Of a DNA stretch of 64,000 nucleotides, positions 1-10,817 are shown piece after piece. The notes under the pieces are model-generated. The model worked only from the letters and a program-made list of their open reading frames with translations, was not told the DNA's origin and ran no database searches. Source of the DNA: Candidatus Poribacteria bacterium (GTDB lineage Bacteria > Poribacteria > WGA-4E > WGA-3G); NCBI GenBank assembly GCA_965242965.1, contig OZ251518.1, positions 5,184,001 to 5,248,000 of the forward strand, read 5' to 3'. The first letter of the stretch is position 1; every line of letters starts with the position of its first letter. The translations under genes were made by a program, and so were the position numbers.

Positions 1-129
1 GTGGGTTTTGTTCCCGATAAGCCGCAAGGTGAAGATGTTACTGAGCGTGAGCGTGATTAACTCTGGGTTTTTGCTAAACATCAACTTCATGCGCTCAATG
101 AAGTCTTTGTATGGATTGTGATTGTTCAT
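1..129 (-). CDS. 5' end of a CDS running off the window (MNNHNPYKDFIERMKLMFSKNPELITLTLSNIFTLRLIGNKTH...); unknown, possibly a type II restriction endonuclease
   Basis: Manually translated open frame from ATG at 129 to the window edge, with an AT-rich upstream region. The function is only a recollected resemblance. Confidence 0.45.
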   Translation of the reverse strand, partial: MNNHNPYKDFIERMKLMFSKNPELITLTLSNIFTLRLIGNKTH

Positions 130-236
130 GAAATCCTATGCCTTTCCGATTAACTAACAAGCGAATTGTTAACGATAATCAAAGTATACGACATTTTTGA
201 GCAAAATGCAAGAAAAAACGACGCAGTACTACGTTT

Positions 237-474
237 AGGGTGTTTCATAAATCCGTGTCGGCGTGCCATCCCGGTCTCGAATTCATCGTAGGGCGAGGGC
301 CTGTCCCTCGCCATCGTGCGTGCCCGCGCACCCCAACGCTCGCGGGGGAAACCCGCTCGGATGCACGTGTGGTATCCGAGGGCCCCCGCGCTACGGGCAG
401 AGAAAAGCCCTACGGGAAAATCGAGACCGGGAGGTCTCTCCTACCGGGAAAACATCAATATATGAAACACCCTC
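237..474. mobile_element. TIR-bounded REP mosaic element E1 (MITE-like)
   Basis: AGGGTGTTTCATA at 237 and TATGAAACACCCTC at 461-474 enclose GTAG-led hairpins. Confidence 0.8.
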
Positions 475-502
475 ACTTAGATTCGCGTCCACGTGGCATT
501 CA

Positions 503-1747
503 TCACTTGAACGCATCCAACAGAGAAACCATCTCCCCTTGAATTATTTCCTCTACAAACGGTTCCAACGCCAACCGATACGGCCCACTCAGCGCATGGT
601 TGCGCGGGCCCGCCTCGTAGCCGCCCCGCAAGCCCAATTCATAAGCACGCTGCGTCGCAACGTAGACTTCACTGCCGTTGGTGTAGCCGAAGACGAAGGT
701 GTGTCCGAACGGCGAATGTTCATCGGCGAACAACTGATATTCCGCGAAGAGTTCATGCGGGAAAGAAAGAAGACAGAGCGCATCGCCGACAGCAAAGGCA
801 CTCATCGGAAACGGCAAAGTCCGCTTTTCGCCGCTTTTGGCGATGCCTAACAGCGCGACGTAACGTTCGTCATCAGGAAATTCGGCGATGAGCTGCTCGC
901 ACTCGGCAACCGAAGGTGGGGAACGAAACGGTAACTTCAGGTGAACGGAACGCGCTTTGAGCGCGGCAGATGGAATCTCTTCTGCTGTCTTTAACGCTTG
1001 CGCTGTTGCAAAGGCAAGGGCAAACCCAGCGACATCGCACGCGCTGAAACCGCCGCGCAACGGATAGCCGTTGATATCCGCCGCGCACCCCTGCGCGAAC
1101 ATTAAAACGGTGTCAGGTTTCAAATCCGCACCGATGAAATTGCGCAGATGATTGACTGCGTAACCGGGATAATCGGCACCCATCTCCTCGCTAGCCCAGT
1201 GGACAATCACGGGATGCGCCGCATGCGAAAATAGCACTGCAATGAACTGCCCGTTCGCATCGTCCACGCCTAACACGTCAACCCACGGCACAACCGCTCC
1301 TTCGGGATTCGGTGCCATCGTGATGTAACCGTCATCGTTCATCAGTCGACGGTTGTAGCCAATCTGCACCGGGGCGCGTCCGGCGCGTAGTGTCGCGGGT
1401 TCAAGTGCCGCCACTGCATCCGATACCAGTTTGGCAAGGCAGTCTGCCAGCCACGCCTCAGACTCTTCGGTTATCCAGCGTCCATCAACGCCGGGCGCGT
1501 TGTGCGTATGACTACAGTTGATGACGATGTGCTCGGGTGGGATGTCTGTGGCACGGTAGATAGCGTCTAGCAATACCTGATTGTAGTCAAGCGGAAATTG
1601 TCCGAAGTCTGCCGTGACGATGGCGAGTTGTTTTTCGGCATCGGCGAGCACCAGCGCGCGGGCATAGAGTTCGGCGTAGACATCGGGCTTGTCCTTGATT
1701 TGGGTTATGGGAGTTTCGGCGGCACCTGCCGTTAACGTGGTGTTCAT
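503..1747 (-). CDS. Neutral/alkaline ceramidase-like hydrolase family protein
   Basis: Motifs SHTHNAP, NRR, HAAHPV, ADYPG, QGCAADIN and GYE. Start trimmed to MNTTL, which has GGAG upstream; the ORF-track extension is REP sequence. Confidence 0.7.
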   Translation of the reverse strand: MNTTLTAGAAETPITQIKDKPDVYAELYARALVLADAEKQLAIVTADFGQFPLDYNQVLLDAIYRATDIPPEHIVINCSHTHNAPGVDGRWITEESEAWLADCLAKLVSDAVAALEPATLRAGRAPVQIGYNRRLMNDDGYITMAPNPEGAVVPWVDVLGVDDANGQFIAVLFSHAAHPVIVHWASEEMGADYPGYAVNHLRNFIGADLKPDTVLMFAQGCAADINGYPLRGGFSACDVAGFALAFATAQALKTAEEIPSAALKARSVHLKLPFRSPPSVAECEQLIAEFPDDERYVALLGIAKSGEKRTLPFPMSAFAVGDALCLLSFPHELFAEYQLFADEHSPFGHTFVFGYTNGSEVYVATQRAYELGLRGGYEAGPRNHALSGPYRLALEPFVEEIIQGEMVSLLDAFK

Positions 1748-1761
1748 GGGGTTCTCCTGTC

Positions 1762-2100
1762 GGTTTGCGGCGTGGCGAGGGACAGGCCCTCGCCCTACGA
1801 TGTCGGTTAGATCAGGGTGTTTCATAACCCCGTTTCGGTATTTATTCTGCCTTGGAGGGAGGGCGAATACCGGAAGGCATTGAGCCCATCTCTGTAGTTC
1901 GGGAGCGCCTGATCCCGAACGGGTCAGGATCAGGCGATCCTGACCTACAGGGGTGATGCGGTCTGACAGTCAAACGATGGCGAGGGACAGGCCCTCGCCC
2001 TACGGTGTCAGTTCGGTTGGTTGGCGAGGGACAGGCCCTCGCCCTACGATGGCGGTGTGGTTTGCGGCGTGGCGAGGGACAGGCCCTCGCCCTACGGCGG
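1762..2100. mobile_element. REP mosaic E2 with left TIR only (1814), flanked by a 38-bp REP-containing direct repeat
   Basis: AGGGTGTTTCATAACCCCGTTTCGG at 1814; GGTTTGCGGCGTGGCGAGGGACAGGCCCTCGCCCTACG at 1762-1799 and 2059-2096. Confidence 0.75.
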
Positions 2101-2119
2101 AGGTGCGGTAACGCGTTGC

Positions 2120-3178
2120 TCATGTCAAATCAGCGAGCTGCGGCATCACCTCATTCTGGAGCAAATCCATTGAATGCACCCACTGCTCCTTCGGCTCCCA
2201 CTCGTGTCCCATCGTGAGGAGCACGCCAAAACCACCGACTTCCTCATAGAGTTCGCGGAGGCGGTCCGCGACATGCTCAGGACTGCCCACAATCCACAGC
2301 GTATCCAACAGATTTTCCAGACACGCTTCCACGTCGGGAATGCTCGCGTCTTGCTTGAATTTCTCCCATCCGAATAGGCGGAACCAGTAATCCCGAAAAT
2401 CGCGGCCGAGGGTGCCTTCAAGTGCCTCTTTGCGCGCCTGCTCAGTGGTATCGGCGACGTAGACCTCGCGGGCGATGCGCCACGTAGAACGAGACGGCGA
2501 AAGCCCTGTCTTTGCCGCACCTTCTTCAACTGCGTCCCAATGCGTTTTGATAACGGAGACTGGGGCGAGGTTGATACTCATCGGAATCCAGCCGCGCTCG
2601 CCTGCCAAGATAAGCGTATCCGATTTAGCAGAAGAGCCGGCCACCGCAATCGGCGGGTGCGGTTTCTGATACGGCTTCATGTGGATGCTGACGATGCCCG
2701 TGCGCGGTTCGGGGATTTTAAACTCCCAGAAATCGCTTTTGTAGTGCCCGGGCTCGGGGTCCTCCCAGATTTTGAGGACAGCGTCAATTCCCTCGCGTGT
2801 CGCGCGGCGTCTATCGCCATCTGCCATGAACATCTCCGCGTCGCTCGGCGTGGAACTGGAACCGACACCCCAGTGGAAGCGTCCGTGTGCGAGATGGTCC
2901 AACTGCGCGATGCGATGTGCCACAACAGCAGGGTTGTGTATCGGCATACAGGTAATCCCGGTGCCGAAGACGATGTTTTCTGTCATCGCCACTGCTTTCG
3001 CGATGAAGAGATCTGGGGAGGGGATATTCTCCCACGTGAAGGTAAAATGCTCACCGATGTAAGCTTCCTTGTAGCCCATCCGGTCGAGCGTCACCATCTG
3101 CGCCATATCATCGTCCAGCGTTTTCGTGGTGTCGCTACCGGGTGGATGCAACGGCATCGTGAAAAAACCGAGTTCCAT
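2120..3178 (-). CDS. LLM-class flavin-dependent oxidoreductase (luciferase-like monooxygenase)
   Basis: MELGFFTMPLHPP start, GEH, HNPAVVAHRIAQLDHLAHGR, PYQKPHPPI and IVGSP motifs; AGAGGAG RBS. Confidence 0.85.
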   Translation of the reverse strand: MELGFFTMPLHPPGSDTTKTLDDDMAQMVTLDRMGYKEAYIGEHFTFTWENIPSPDLFIAKAVAMTENIVFGTGITCMPIHNPAVVAHRIAQLDHLAHGRFHWGVGSSSTPSDAEMFMADGDRRRATREGIDAVLKIWEDPEPGHYKSDFWEFKIPEPRTGIVSIHMKPYQKPHPPIAVAGSSAKSDTLILAGERGWIPMSINLAPVSVIKTHWDAVEEGAAKTGLSPSRSTWRIAREVYVADTTEQARKEALEGTLGRDFRDYWFRLFGWEKFKQDASIPDVEACLENLLDTLWIVGSPEHVADRLRELYEEVGGFGVLLTMGHEWEPKEQWVHSMDLLQNEVMPQLADLT

Positions 3179-3306
3179 GAAAGTGCTCCTCTTGTCAGCG
3201 CGCTTATTAAAAAAACGTGACAATCCTGGGCGAAATGTGTTATTATATATACGCGTATCTTGTTAAGAAATTATCACAAACGCAAATATTTTACAAGGAG
3301 AATTTG

Positions 3307-4491
3307 ATGAAACTTAAACTTTTCGCCTTAATGGCACTCGTTTTTCTCACTGTTTTGTCCGGATGCGAGCGGATAAGAACGGTGGTTGTCCCCAATGATA
3401 CCGAAGCACCGATGGCGGATGCAACGCTAAAAATCGGTGTAATCCAGCCATCAAACATCTTCTCCACCTTTAGCCAAGGTGCGGAAACGGCGCGCGCCCA
3501 GATTAATGAAAAAGGCGGCGTGCTCGGCATGCAGGTGGAGTTTATCACGCGGGATAACCAACCCGTGGCGACTGCACCGCCAACGCCGGAGGCAAGCGCA
3601 AGTGCGGCGACTGAACTCATTGAAATGGAGAACGTCTTCGCGCTCCTCGGTCCAGTCTACTCTACCAATACTGTCGACGTGGGCCCAATCGCGCAGGAAG
3701 CACAGCGGCTCTTGCTGCCCGGTTCAAGCGGTTCGCACGTACCAGAGAGCGGGAATTACGTCTTCCTCATCACCGTGCCAAACGCCTTCCAAGGCAGTGT
3801 CATGGCGAAATTCGCGATGGATGCCGATGAACTCGGTGCTAAAACGGCGGCGACAATTCATCAGCACGAAGATGTTTACTCCGATGATCTCGTGCAAGCG
3901 TTCCAAACCGCCTTCAAAGAGATGGGCGGCGAAATTGTCAGCAGTAGCACCTATACCGTCGGTGATACGACGTTTAGTGAGTTGCTGACAGAAATTAGCG
4001 AGGCAAATCCGGACGTTATTTTCTGTCCGAGTTTCCTCCCCGAAGTGCCGTTGCTCATCAATGAGGCACGGCAAAAGGGCATCAACGCGCCGTTCCTCGG
4101 CGGTAGTGCTTGGGATGACAGAGAACGGTTTCTCAGCGTTTTAGACGATAACACCGTTTTAGATGGGAGTTACTATCCCACGAACTTCTCTGTTGCAACG
4201 CAGGATGCCGATGTGCAAGAATTTGTGCAGGGATATACGGCACTCTTTGAGAGTCCGCCTGATGGCATCGCTGCGTCTGGTTACGATGCAATGCGGCTCT
4301 TAGCATTAGCGATAGAGACAGCGGGTTCGCTGGAGGCGGCTGCAGTTCGCGATGCCTTCGCTGCAGGCAGCGGTTACAGAGGTGCCACAATGATTTCGCA
4401 TTACACCGAACAGCGGCACCCTGTCAAGAGTCTCGCCATTCAGACATACCGCGAGGGACAGGTAGAACTCTACAAAATCGTGGAGCCGTAG
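3307..4491 (+). CDS. LivJ/LivK-type ABC transporter substrate-binding lipoprotein
   Basis: Signal peptide with lipobox LSGC; KIGV, INEKGGVLG and GYDAM motifs of type I periplasmic binding proteins. Confidence 0.85.
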   Translation: MKLKLFALMALVFLTVLSGCERIRTVVVPNDTEAPMADATLKIGVIQPSNIFSTFSQGAETARAQINEKGGVLGMQVEFITRDNQPVATAPPTPEASASAATELIEMENVFALLGPVYSTNTVDVGPIAQEAQRLLLPGSSGSHVPESGNYVFLITVPNAFQGSVMAKFAMDADELGAKTAATIHQHEDVYSDDLVQAFQTAFKEMGGEIVSSSTYTVGDTTFSELLTEISEANPDVIFCPSFLPEVPLLINEARQKGINAPFLGGSAWDDRERFLSVLDDNTVLDGSYYPTNFSVATQDADVQEFVQGYTALFESPPDGIAASGYDAMRLLALAIETAGSLEAAAVRDAFAAGSGYRGATMISHYTEQRHPVKSLAIQTYREGQVELYKIVEP

Positions 4492-4586
4492 TCTAGCTGT
4501 TTCGACTGTATGGGCGGCTTTCTGTATCCGTCCGAGCCGCCCATTTTTAGAGAGGGAGATTGGCCCATCTTTGGAGGGAAATTGGT

Positions 4587-5621
4587 ATGACACAAACCAT
4601 TCACTTGGGAGTCGTTGGATGTGGTTGGGCGGGTTGCCAAGCCATCCGTGCCGCGAACGCGACTTCCCGTCTGAAAGTCATCGCCATCGCCGAACGTGAC
4701 GCAAGTCGCCGTGAGCAGGCAGGCACTGACTACGCAGTGCCACATCGCTACGGTGACTATCAGGCACTCTTGGCTAATCCCGCGGTTGATGCTGTCTATC
4801 TCGCCACATCTCCCGCGGGCCGCTTGCAGCAGGTGTTAGATACGTTGCATGCCGGCAAGCACGTTTTGGTGCAGAAACCGCATGCGGTTCGCGCGCCAGA
4901 AATTCTAGAGATGGAAGCGGCAGCACAGCAATCCGGGAAGACGCTCCAATTCTGCTATTTCATGCGTCACTTTCCGCAAAATCGGCACATTCGGCGCGCA
5001 ATTCAGAACGGGAAAATCGGCACGCCGTATCATGCCCGCGTCTTCGGAAAATATAACTTCATTCCCGATTTTGATGAAAACAGCCGCTGGCTGCACGTCT
5101 ATGGACAGAAAGGTGGTTCGTTGGGACAACACTATTCTCACGAACTTAACCTTATCTGGTGGTGGATGGGCTGTCCACTGCCAGAGTGGGCGTTTGCGGC
5201 GATGCACGTGCTTTATCCGCAGTATGATGGCCCGGAGGGCGCGGCTGAGGACTATTTCACCGGCATCGTCGGATGTGAAGGCGGGAAAACCCTCCAGATT
5301 GACTGTTCACGGATGAGCCACTCGGATTCTGCCAGTGTTGTTGAGTTTTACGGCACTACGGGGGCAATCACGAACGGCGGCATCTCGCGGTTCAAAAATG
5401 GCGAATTCATCAGAGAATCTATCGATGAACCGATGGAAACCGCACACGGTGAGTTGCCGGAAGACGTTCCTGTCTTCTTTTATGAGCTCAACCATTTCGC
5501 GATGGCCATCGCGGGTGAAGTCGCGCCGGATGTCGCCGCGGACGATGCCTATACGTTCATGACAATCTTGGATGCCCTTTACGACAGCGCGAAAAGTGGG
5601 GAGAAGGTTTATATCGGTTGA
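4587..5621 (+). CDS. Gfo/Idh/MocA family oxidoreductase
   Basis: GVVGCG Rossmann motif, VDAVY, GKHVLVQKP. Confidence 0.85.
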   Translation: MTQTIHLGVVGCGWAGCQAIRAANATSRLKVIAIAERDASRREQAGTDYAVPHRYGDYQALLANPAVDAVYLATSPAGRLQQVLDTLHAGKHVLVQKPHAVRAPEILEMEAAAQQSGKTLQFCYFMRHFPQNRHIRRAIQNGKIGTPYHARVFGKYNFIPDFDENSRWLHVYGQKGGSLGQHYSHELNLIWWWMGCPLPEWAFAAMHVLYPQYDGPEGAAEDYFTGIVGCEGGKTLQIDCSRMSHSDSASVVEFYGTTGAITNGGISRFKNGEFIRESIDEPMETAHGELPEDVPVFFYELNHFAMAIAGEVAPDVAADDAYTFMTILDALYDSAKSGEKVYIG

Positions 5622-5641
5622 TGTGTCACGGATACCTAATT

Positions 5642-6183
5642 GAGGGTGTTTCATATCTCGATATCTTCCCGGTAGGAGAGACCTCCTGGTCTCGATGTTC
5701 CCGTAGCGCGGGGGCCTGTCCCCCGCGATGGCTCAAGAACCGTTTTTTTTATCGTAGCGCGGGGGCCTGTCCCCCGCGATCTCCATAGTCAAGTGTTAGC
5801 GTTTTAGGTCCTATGGACCTTAGGGATAGCGAGGGACAGGCCCTCGCCCTACGGTGGATGGGGGCGATTTCTTAGTCATGCCCGTAGCGCGGGGGCCTGT
5901 CCCCCGCGCGCTCTCAATCGCTGCGGAAAACGCCCGCAACCCAGAGACCCCGGATGTTTGCTGCTCAGCCCGGTGCATGGCGAGGGACAGGCCCTCGCCC
6001 TACGGTGAAAGCGGCACTCAAGCATGGCGAGGGAAACCCTCTCGCATGCGCGTGTGGCATGCGAGGGCCCAAGCCCTACGTGAAGGAAAGGCGTTTTTTT
6101 CACGGTAGCGCGGGGCCCTCGGATGCCACACGCGCATCCGAGCGGGTTTCACCGCGACGTTGAGCGATTTAGGAAACACCCTC
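5642..6183. mobile_element. TIR-bounded REP mosaic element E3
   Basis: GAGGGTGTTTCATA at 5642; CGACGTTGAGCGATTTAGGAAACACCCTC ending at 6183; about 8 internal hairpins. Confidence 0.85.
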
Positions 6184-6208
6184 ATTCGGCACAAGGAGTA
6201 TCACTATT

Positions 6209-7156
6209 GTGAAAGCCATTGTCACCAAACTCTTGCCCGATAAACGACGCGAGACAGTTGTCGTTAACGACTGGCCAGAACCAGCACCGCCTGCCGGCAA
6301 CGAAGTGCTTTGCGAGGCAGTCTATACAGGACTCACTAACGGCACCGAACGCAATCAACTCATCGGCGGGAATTATTCTGCGCCGGATGAACGGCTCCCG
6401 ACAGGCGGCGGGTATCAGAACGTCGGCCGCGTCATTGAAACGGGTGCTGACGTAACCCACCTCCAGCGCGGGGACATCCTCTATGCCAGCGTAGCTCACG
6501 TGGCGCGATTTACTATTCAGGAAGATGGGCTGCTGTTGAAATTACCGGCGGATGTTAACCCTGCGCAAGCCGCCCTTTTCGGCATCGCCGGGGTGGCGAT
6601 GCATTGCTGCCGCCGCCTCGATGCGCGCATCGGTGAGAAGGTGCTGATTATCGGGCAAGGGTGCATCGGCATGTTTGCGGCGCAAATCGCCAACGCAATG
6701 GGCGCGCGGGTTACAGTATGCGATATTGATGAATCGCGACTGGAACACGCGCGGCAACTCGGGGTAGCCGAACAGGTTTTCAACACTAGCGGCGATGGCT
6801 GGGACGCGCAAATTGAAGCCGATGCTTACGATGCCGTGATGGACTTCGCCGGGGCTCCCGACATGGTAACGTCAATGATACGTGCTTGCAAACTGCGCGG
6901 ACGAGTGCTGTTAGTTGCAGGACGCTTTGACGTGAACTACACCTTCAACGTCGGGCAACACAAGGAAATCAGCATTCTCCAGTGCAGTCACTTTACCTGC
7001 GATGATTTGGAGAATATCTGCCGGCTTCTCCGACAGGGCACTTTCAGAATTGCCCCGCTCATCCGGCATCAGGTGCCTGTTGACGAGGCACCACGGATAT
7101 ATCGGTGTCTCCGCGATGAACCGATGCGCCTGTTAGGCACAGTTTTTGAATGGTAA
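6209..7156 (+). CDS. Zinc-binding alcohol dehydrogenase/MDR family oxidoreductase
   Basis: GTER, GYQNVGRV, IIGQGCIG motifs; GTG start with AAGGAG RBS. Confidence 0.8.
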   Translation: MKAIVTKLLPDKRRETVVVNDWPEPAPPAGNEVLCEAVYTGLTNGTERNQLIGGNYSAPDERLPTGGGYQNVGRVIETGADVTHLQRGDILYASVAHVARFTIQEDGLLLKLPADVNPAQAALFGIAGVAMHCCRRLDARIGEKVLIIGQGCIGMFAAQIANAMGARVTVCDIDESRLEHARQLGVAEQVFNTSGDGWDAQIEADAYDAVMDFAGAPDMVTSMIRACKLRGRVLLVAGRFDVNYTFNVGQHKEISILQCSHFTCDDLENICRLLRQGTFRIAPLIRHQVPVDEAPRIYRCLRDEPMRLLGTVFEW

Positions 7157-7162
7157 TTTGTT

Positions 7163-7412
7163 GAGGGTGTTTCATAACTCCGTTTCGGCAGTTATCCCCC
7201 TTGGGGAGCGCGCTTCGGGCCCACCTCTGTAGTTTGTGATCGCCTAATCACAAACGGGTCAGGATCAGGCGATCCTGAACTACAGGGGGGATGCGGTCTG
7301 CTAGCAAAACGCGTGGCGAGGGACAGGCCCTCGCCCTACGTGAAGGTGAGGCGTTTTTTATCGTAGCACGTGGTCTGTCCCCGCGACGTTGAGCGAAATA
7401 TGAAACATCCTC
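7163..7412. mobile_element. TIR-bounded REP mosaic element E4
   Basis: GAGGGTGTTTCATAACTCCGTTTCGG ... CGACGTTGAGCGAAATATGAAACATCCTC. Confidence 0.85.
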
Positions 7413-7454
7413 ATTAAAATGATGGCATTTGCGTCAATCCTATAGGAGAACTTC

Positions 7455-8420
7455 ATGTCAAACGTTAGATTAGGCTTCATCGGCACGGGTGGTAACATGA
7501 ACCGCCACCTGCGCGAATTGACGGAAATCGGCGGCACGCAATTCGTCGCCTTTTGTGATATTGTCGTTGAGAAGGCAGAGAAAGCGGTTGCGCAATATGG
7601 CGGCAACGCTTATGCCGACTACAACCAGATGCTGGCACGGGAGGAATTGGATGCCGTTTATGTCTCCATTCCGCCGTTCGCGCACGGCGCACCGGAGAAA
7701 GCTGTCATCGCCGCGGGACTCCCGATGTTCGTCGAAAAGCCTGTCCACATGGATGCCGACGATGCGAAGGAAATCGCCGCGTTAATTGAGGAAAAGGGTA
7801 TCATCACCGCGACTGGATATCAGGAACGCTACCTTGATATCATCGACAAGGCGCAGGAGCTCCTCGCCTCCCGACGCGTCGGATTTTTCATGGGTTATTG
7901 GATGGGCGGCATGCCCGGCGGTTGGTGGCGCGATAAGTCAAAATCCGGCGGACAACTCATGGAGCAGACGACGCACGAATTCGACATGGCGCGTTATCTG
8001 TTCGGCGAGGTGAAAACCGTATATGCCGTCGCACGCAACGGGCTAGTCCCGGATGCCGATTACGATATTGAGGAGGCATCCGCTGTCTCCTTGCAATTTG
8101 AGAGCGGCGTTTTCGGCATCATGTTTTCCGCGTGTTTCACGACAACGGGACTTCGCCGTTCCGGATTAGACATCTTCTGTCAGGACGGTTCGCTGGAATA
8201 TCACCTCCGAAGAGCCTTGGTGCTTACCACAGCCGATGGCGAAACCCGGTGGGAGCCGCAGAATAATTGCACAATCGCCATGGACAGCACCTTTATTGAC
8301 GCTGTTCGGACAGGCGATGCCAGTAAAATCCGTTCTCCCTATGCCGATGCCGCCAAAACGGCGATTTTGTCCATCGCCGCGAATCACTCTTTGGCAACAG
8401 GGGAACCGGTTCATTTGTAG
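7455..8420 (+). CDS. Gfo/Idh/MocA family oxidoreductase
   Basis: GFIGTG, LDAVYV, EKPV, SGGQLMEQTTHEFD motifs. Confidence 0.88.
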   Translation: MSNVRLGFIGTGGNMNRHLRELTEIGGTQFVAFCDIVVEKAEKAVAQYGGNAYADYNQMLAREELDAVYVSIPPFAHGAPEKAVIAAGLPMFVEKPVHMDADDAKEIAALIEEKGIITATGYQERYLDIIDKAQELLASRRVGFFMGYWMGGMPGGWWRDKSKSGGQLMEQTTHEFDMARYLFGEVKTVYAVARNGLVPDADYDIEEASAVSLQFESGVFGIMFSACFTTTGLRRSGLDIFCQDGSLEYHLRRALVLTTADGETRWEPQNNCTIAMDSTFIDAVRTGDASKIRSPYADAAKTAILSIAANHSLATGEPVHL

Positions 8421-8481
8421 AACAGAGCCCGTAGGCGCGCCTTGATATCGCGCCTACAGAGCCGTTTTTGAATTCAGAAAA

Positions 8482-10817
8482 ATGGAACACCACATCACTC
8501 TCCCTGTCACTGGGATGCATTGCGAAAACTGCGCCACTCTCATCACGCGGAATCTGAAAAAGATGGAGGGCATTTTGTCCGCAGATGTCAGCATCGCGAC
8601 GGAGCAGGCGGCCGTTACCTTCAATGCGGATTCTGTCAGCGAGGATGCTATTGTTGACAAGATTCGCGCCCTCGGCTTTGACGTTGTCGATGCAGACGCG
8701 GAGTCAACAGCGCGCGCCGAGGAATTCCAGCGACAGAGGTTGCAATTCACCGTCGGCGTAGTTTTCACACTGCCGCTTTTCCTACTCAGCATGGGTAGAG
8801 ATTTTGGGGTTATCGGCGGCTGGGCACACGCAGCCTGGGTGAACGGACTCATGTTCGCCTTGGCGGCACCGGTGCAGTTTTATGTCGGTTGGGACTACTA
8901 CGTCGGTGGGTTTAAGGCGTTGCGCAACCGAGCCGCTAATATGGACGTGCTAGTCGCGATGGGCTCGTCTGTGGCGTTTCTCTATAGCGTCGCCGTCGCG
9001 CTTGCTGGCGATGCACTCGGCACGCACGTTTATTTTGAGACAGCGGCGGTGATTATCACGCTAATCAAGTTAGGCAAACTGCTGGAAGCACGCGCAAAAG
9101 GACAAACAAGTGCCGCTCTCAAAAACTGCTTGGGCTATCACCGAAAACGGCGTGTCTCCTAAAAAACGGGGAGGAAGAACACATTCCGATCGCACAGGTG
9201 ACAATCGGCGATTTGCTCCGCGTCCGCCCCGGTGAAAGCATGCCTGTTGATGGCATCGTGCGCACAGGAGAAAGCGCGGTTGATGAAAGCATCTTCACCG
9301 GCGAAAGTTTACCTGTAGATAAAACCGTCGGTTCAGAGGTGACAGCGGCAACGATTAACCAGAGCGGCCTGCTGACGATTGAGGCGACGCGCGTCGGTTC
9401 AGAAACCGCGCTCGCGCACCTGATTCAACTCGTGCAGGCGACGCAGCAGAGCAAGGCACCCATTCAACGCATCGCCGATGCAGTTGCAAGTGTGTTCGTG
9501 CCTGTCGTCATCGGAATCGCTTTTGTGACGTTCCTCGCGTGGTGGCTCTGGGTTGGAGAGGGGTTTACCCCCGCAATGCTACGGTTGGTAGCGGTGCTTG
9601 TCATCGCGTGCCCGTGTGCATTGGGGCTCGCCACGCCGACAGCCGTGATGGTAGGCACCGGCATCGGCGCGCAGCGCGGCATCCTCTTCCGAAATACCGA
9701 ATCGCTGGAACGCGCAGGGAAATTAGCAACGGTTATTCTTGACAAGACTGGCACCTTGACGCGGGGAGAGTTGACGCTTACGGACATCGTCTTGCGGGAG
9801 GGAGCAAGCGTGGCAAGCGCGTCTAATTCTCTCTTACGGCTTGCTGCTTCTGCTGAACGCGGAAGTGAGCATCCTATCGGCAAGGCAATTGTCCGCGCCG
9901 CTGCTGAACACGGTATTGATACCGTCGCGCCCACCCAATTCACGGCAGTCGCGGGACACGGCATCATCGCCTCTGTTGACGCAACTCCGGCCTCGTCGGG
10001 AGGCGCGCTTTGTAAACGCGCTGATGTTATCATCGGCACCCCCGCGCTCCTGCACCAACACGGAATTTCTGCAGAAGACACCGTTGGAGAGCCCTCACAC
10101 CCAGTAGGAGAGTCCTCCCGGTCTCGACAGGTAGGAGAGACCTCCCGGTCTCGATGCAGCGAAGACGCAAAACGCTTGCAAGCTGAAGCAAAAACCGTCC
10201 TTTGGGTAGCCATCAACGGAAAAATTGAAGGCATCATCGCCGTTGCAGATACGCTGAAGCCAGATGCGAAAAATGCCGTTGCCGAACTCCGCCACCTCGG
10301 TTGCGAGGTGACAATGATGACAGGCGATAACCGCGCCACCGCCGCCGCAATCGCCCAAGCCGCCGGGATTGACGATGTCATGGCGGAACTTTTGCCAGAA
10401 GACAAGGCATCGGCACTGCAGAAAAAACAGACTGAAACCGATGGCCTCGTCGCCATGGTAGGCGATGGTATTAACGACGCGCCCGCGCTCGCGCAAGCAG
10501 ATGTCGGCATGGCACTCGGCACCGGCACCGATATCGCCATGGAAACGGCAGATTTGACGCTGATGCACGGCGAGCTGCGCGCAATCCCTGAAGCGATACG
10601 CCTCAGCCGCGTCACCATGCGCACGATTCGGCAGAACCTCTTCTGGGCATTTTTCTACAACGTGCTGCTCATTCCGCTTGCCGCGGGCGTGTTTTATCCG
10701 CTAACTTTCCTACCGATGATGCTCCGCGAACTGCACCCGATGCTGGCGGCGTTCGCAATGGCGTTGAGTAGCGTTTCGGTGGTGCTAAATAGTTTGCGTT
10801 TGCAATGGAGAAAATAG
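8482..10817 (+). pseudogene. copA: Cu+-transporting P1B-type ATPase, split by a 1-nt deletion in an A-run at 9121-9125 (sequencing error or real)
   Basis: GMHCENC HMA domain, [28 protein letters not shown] and GDGINDAP. Adding one A joins ORFs 8482-9162 and 9198-10817 as [13 protein letters not shown]. Confidence 0.85.
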
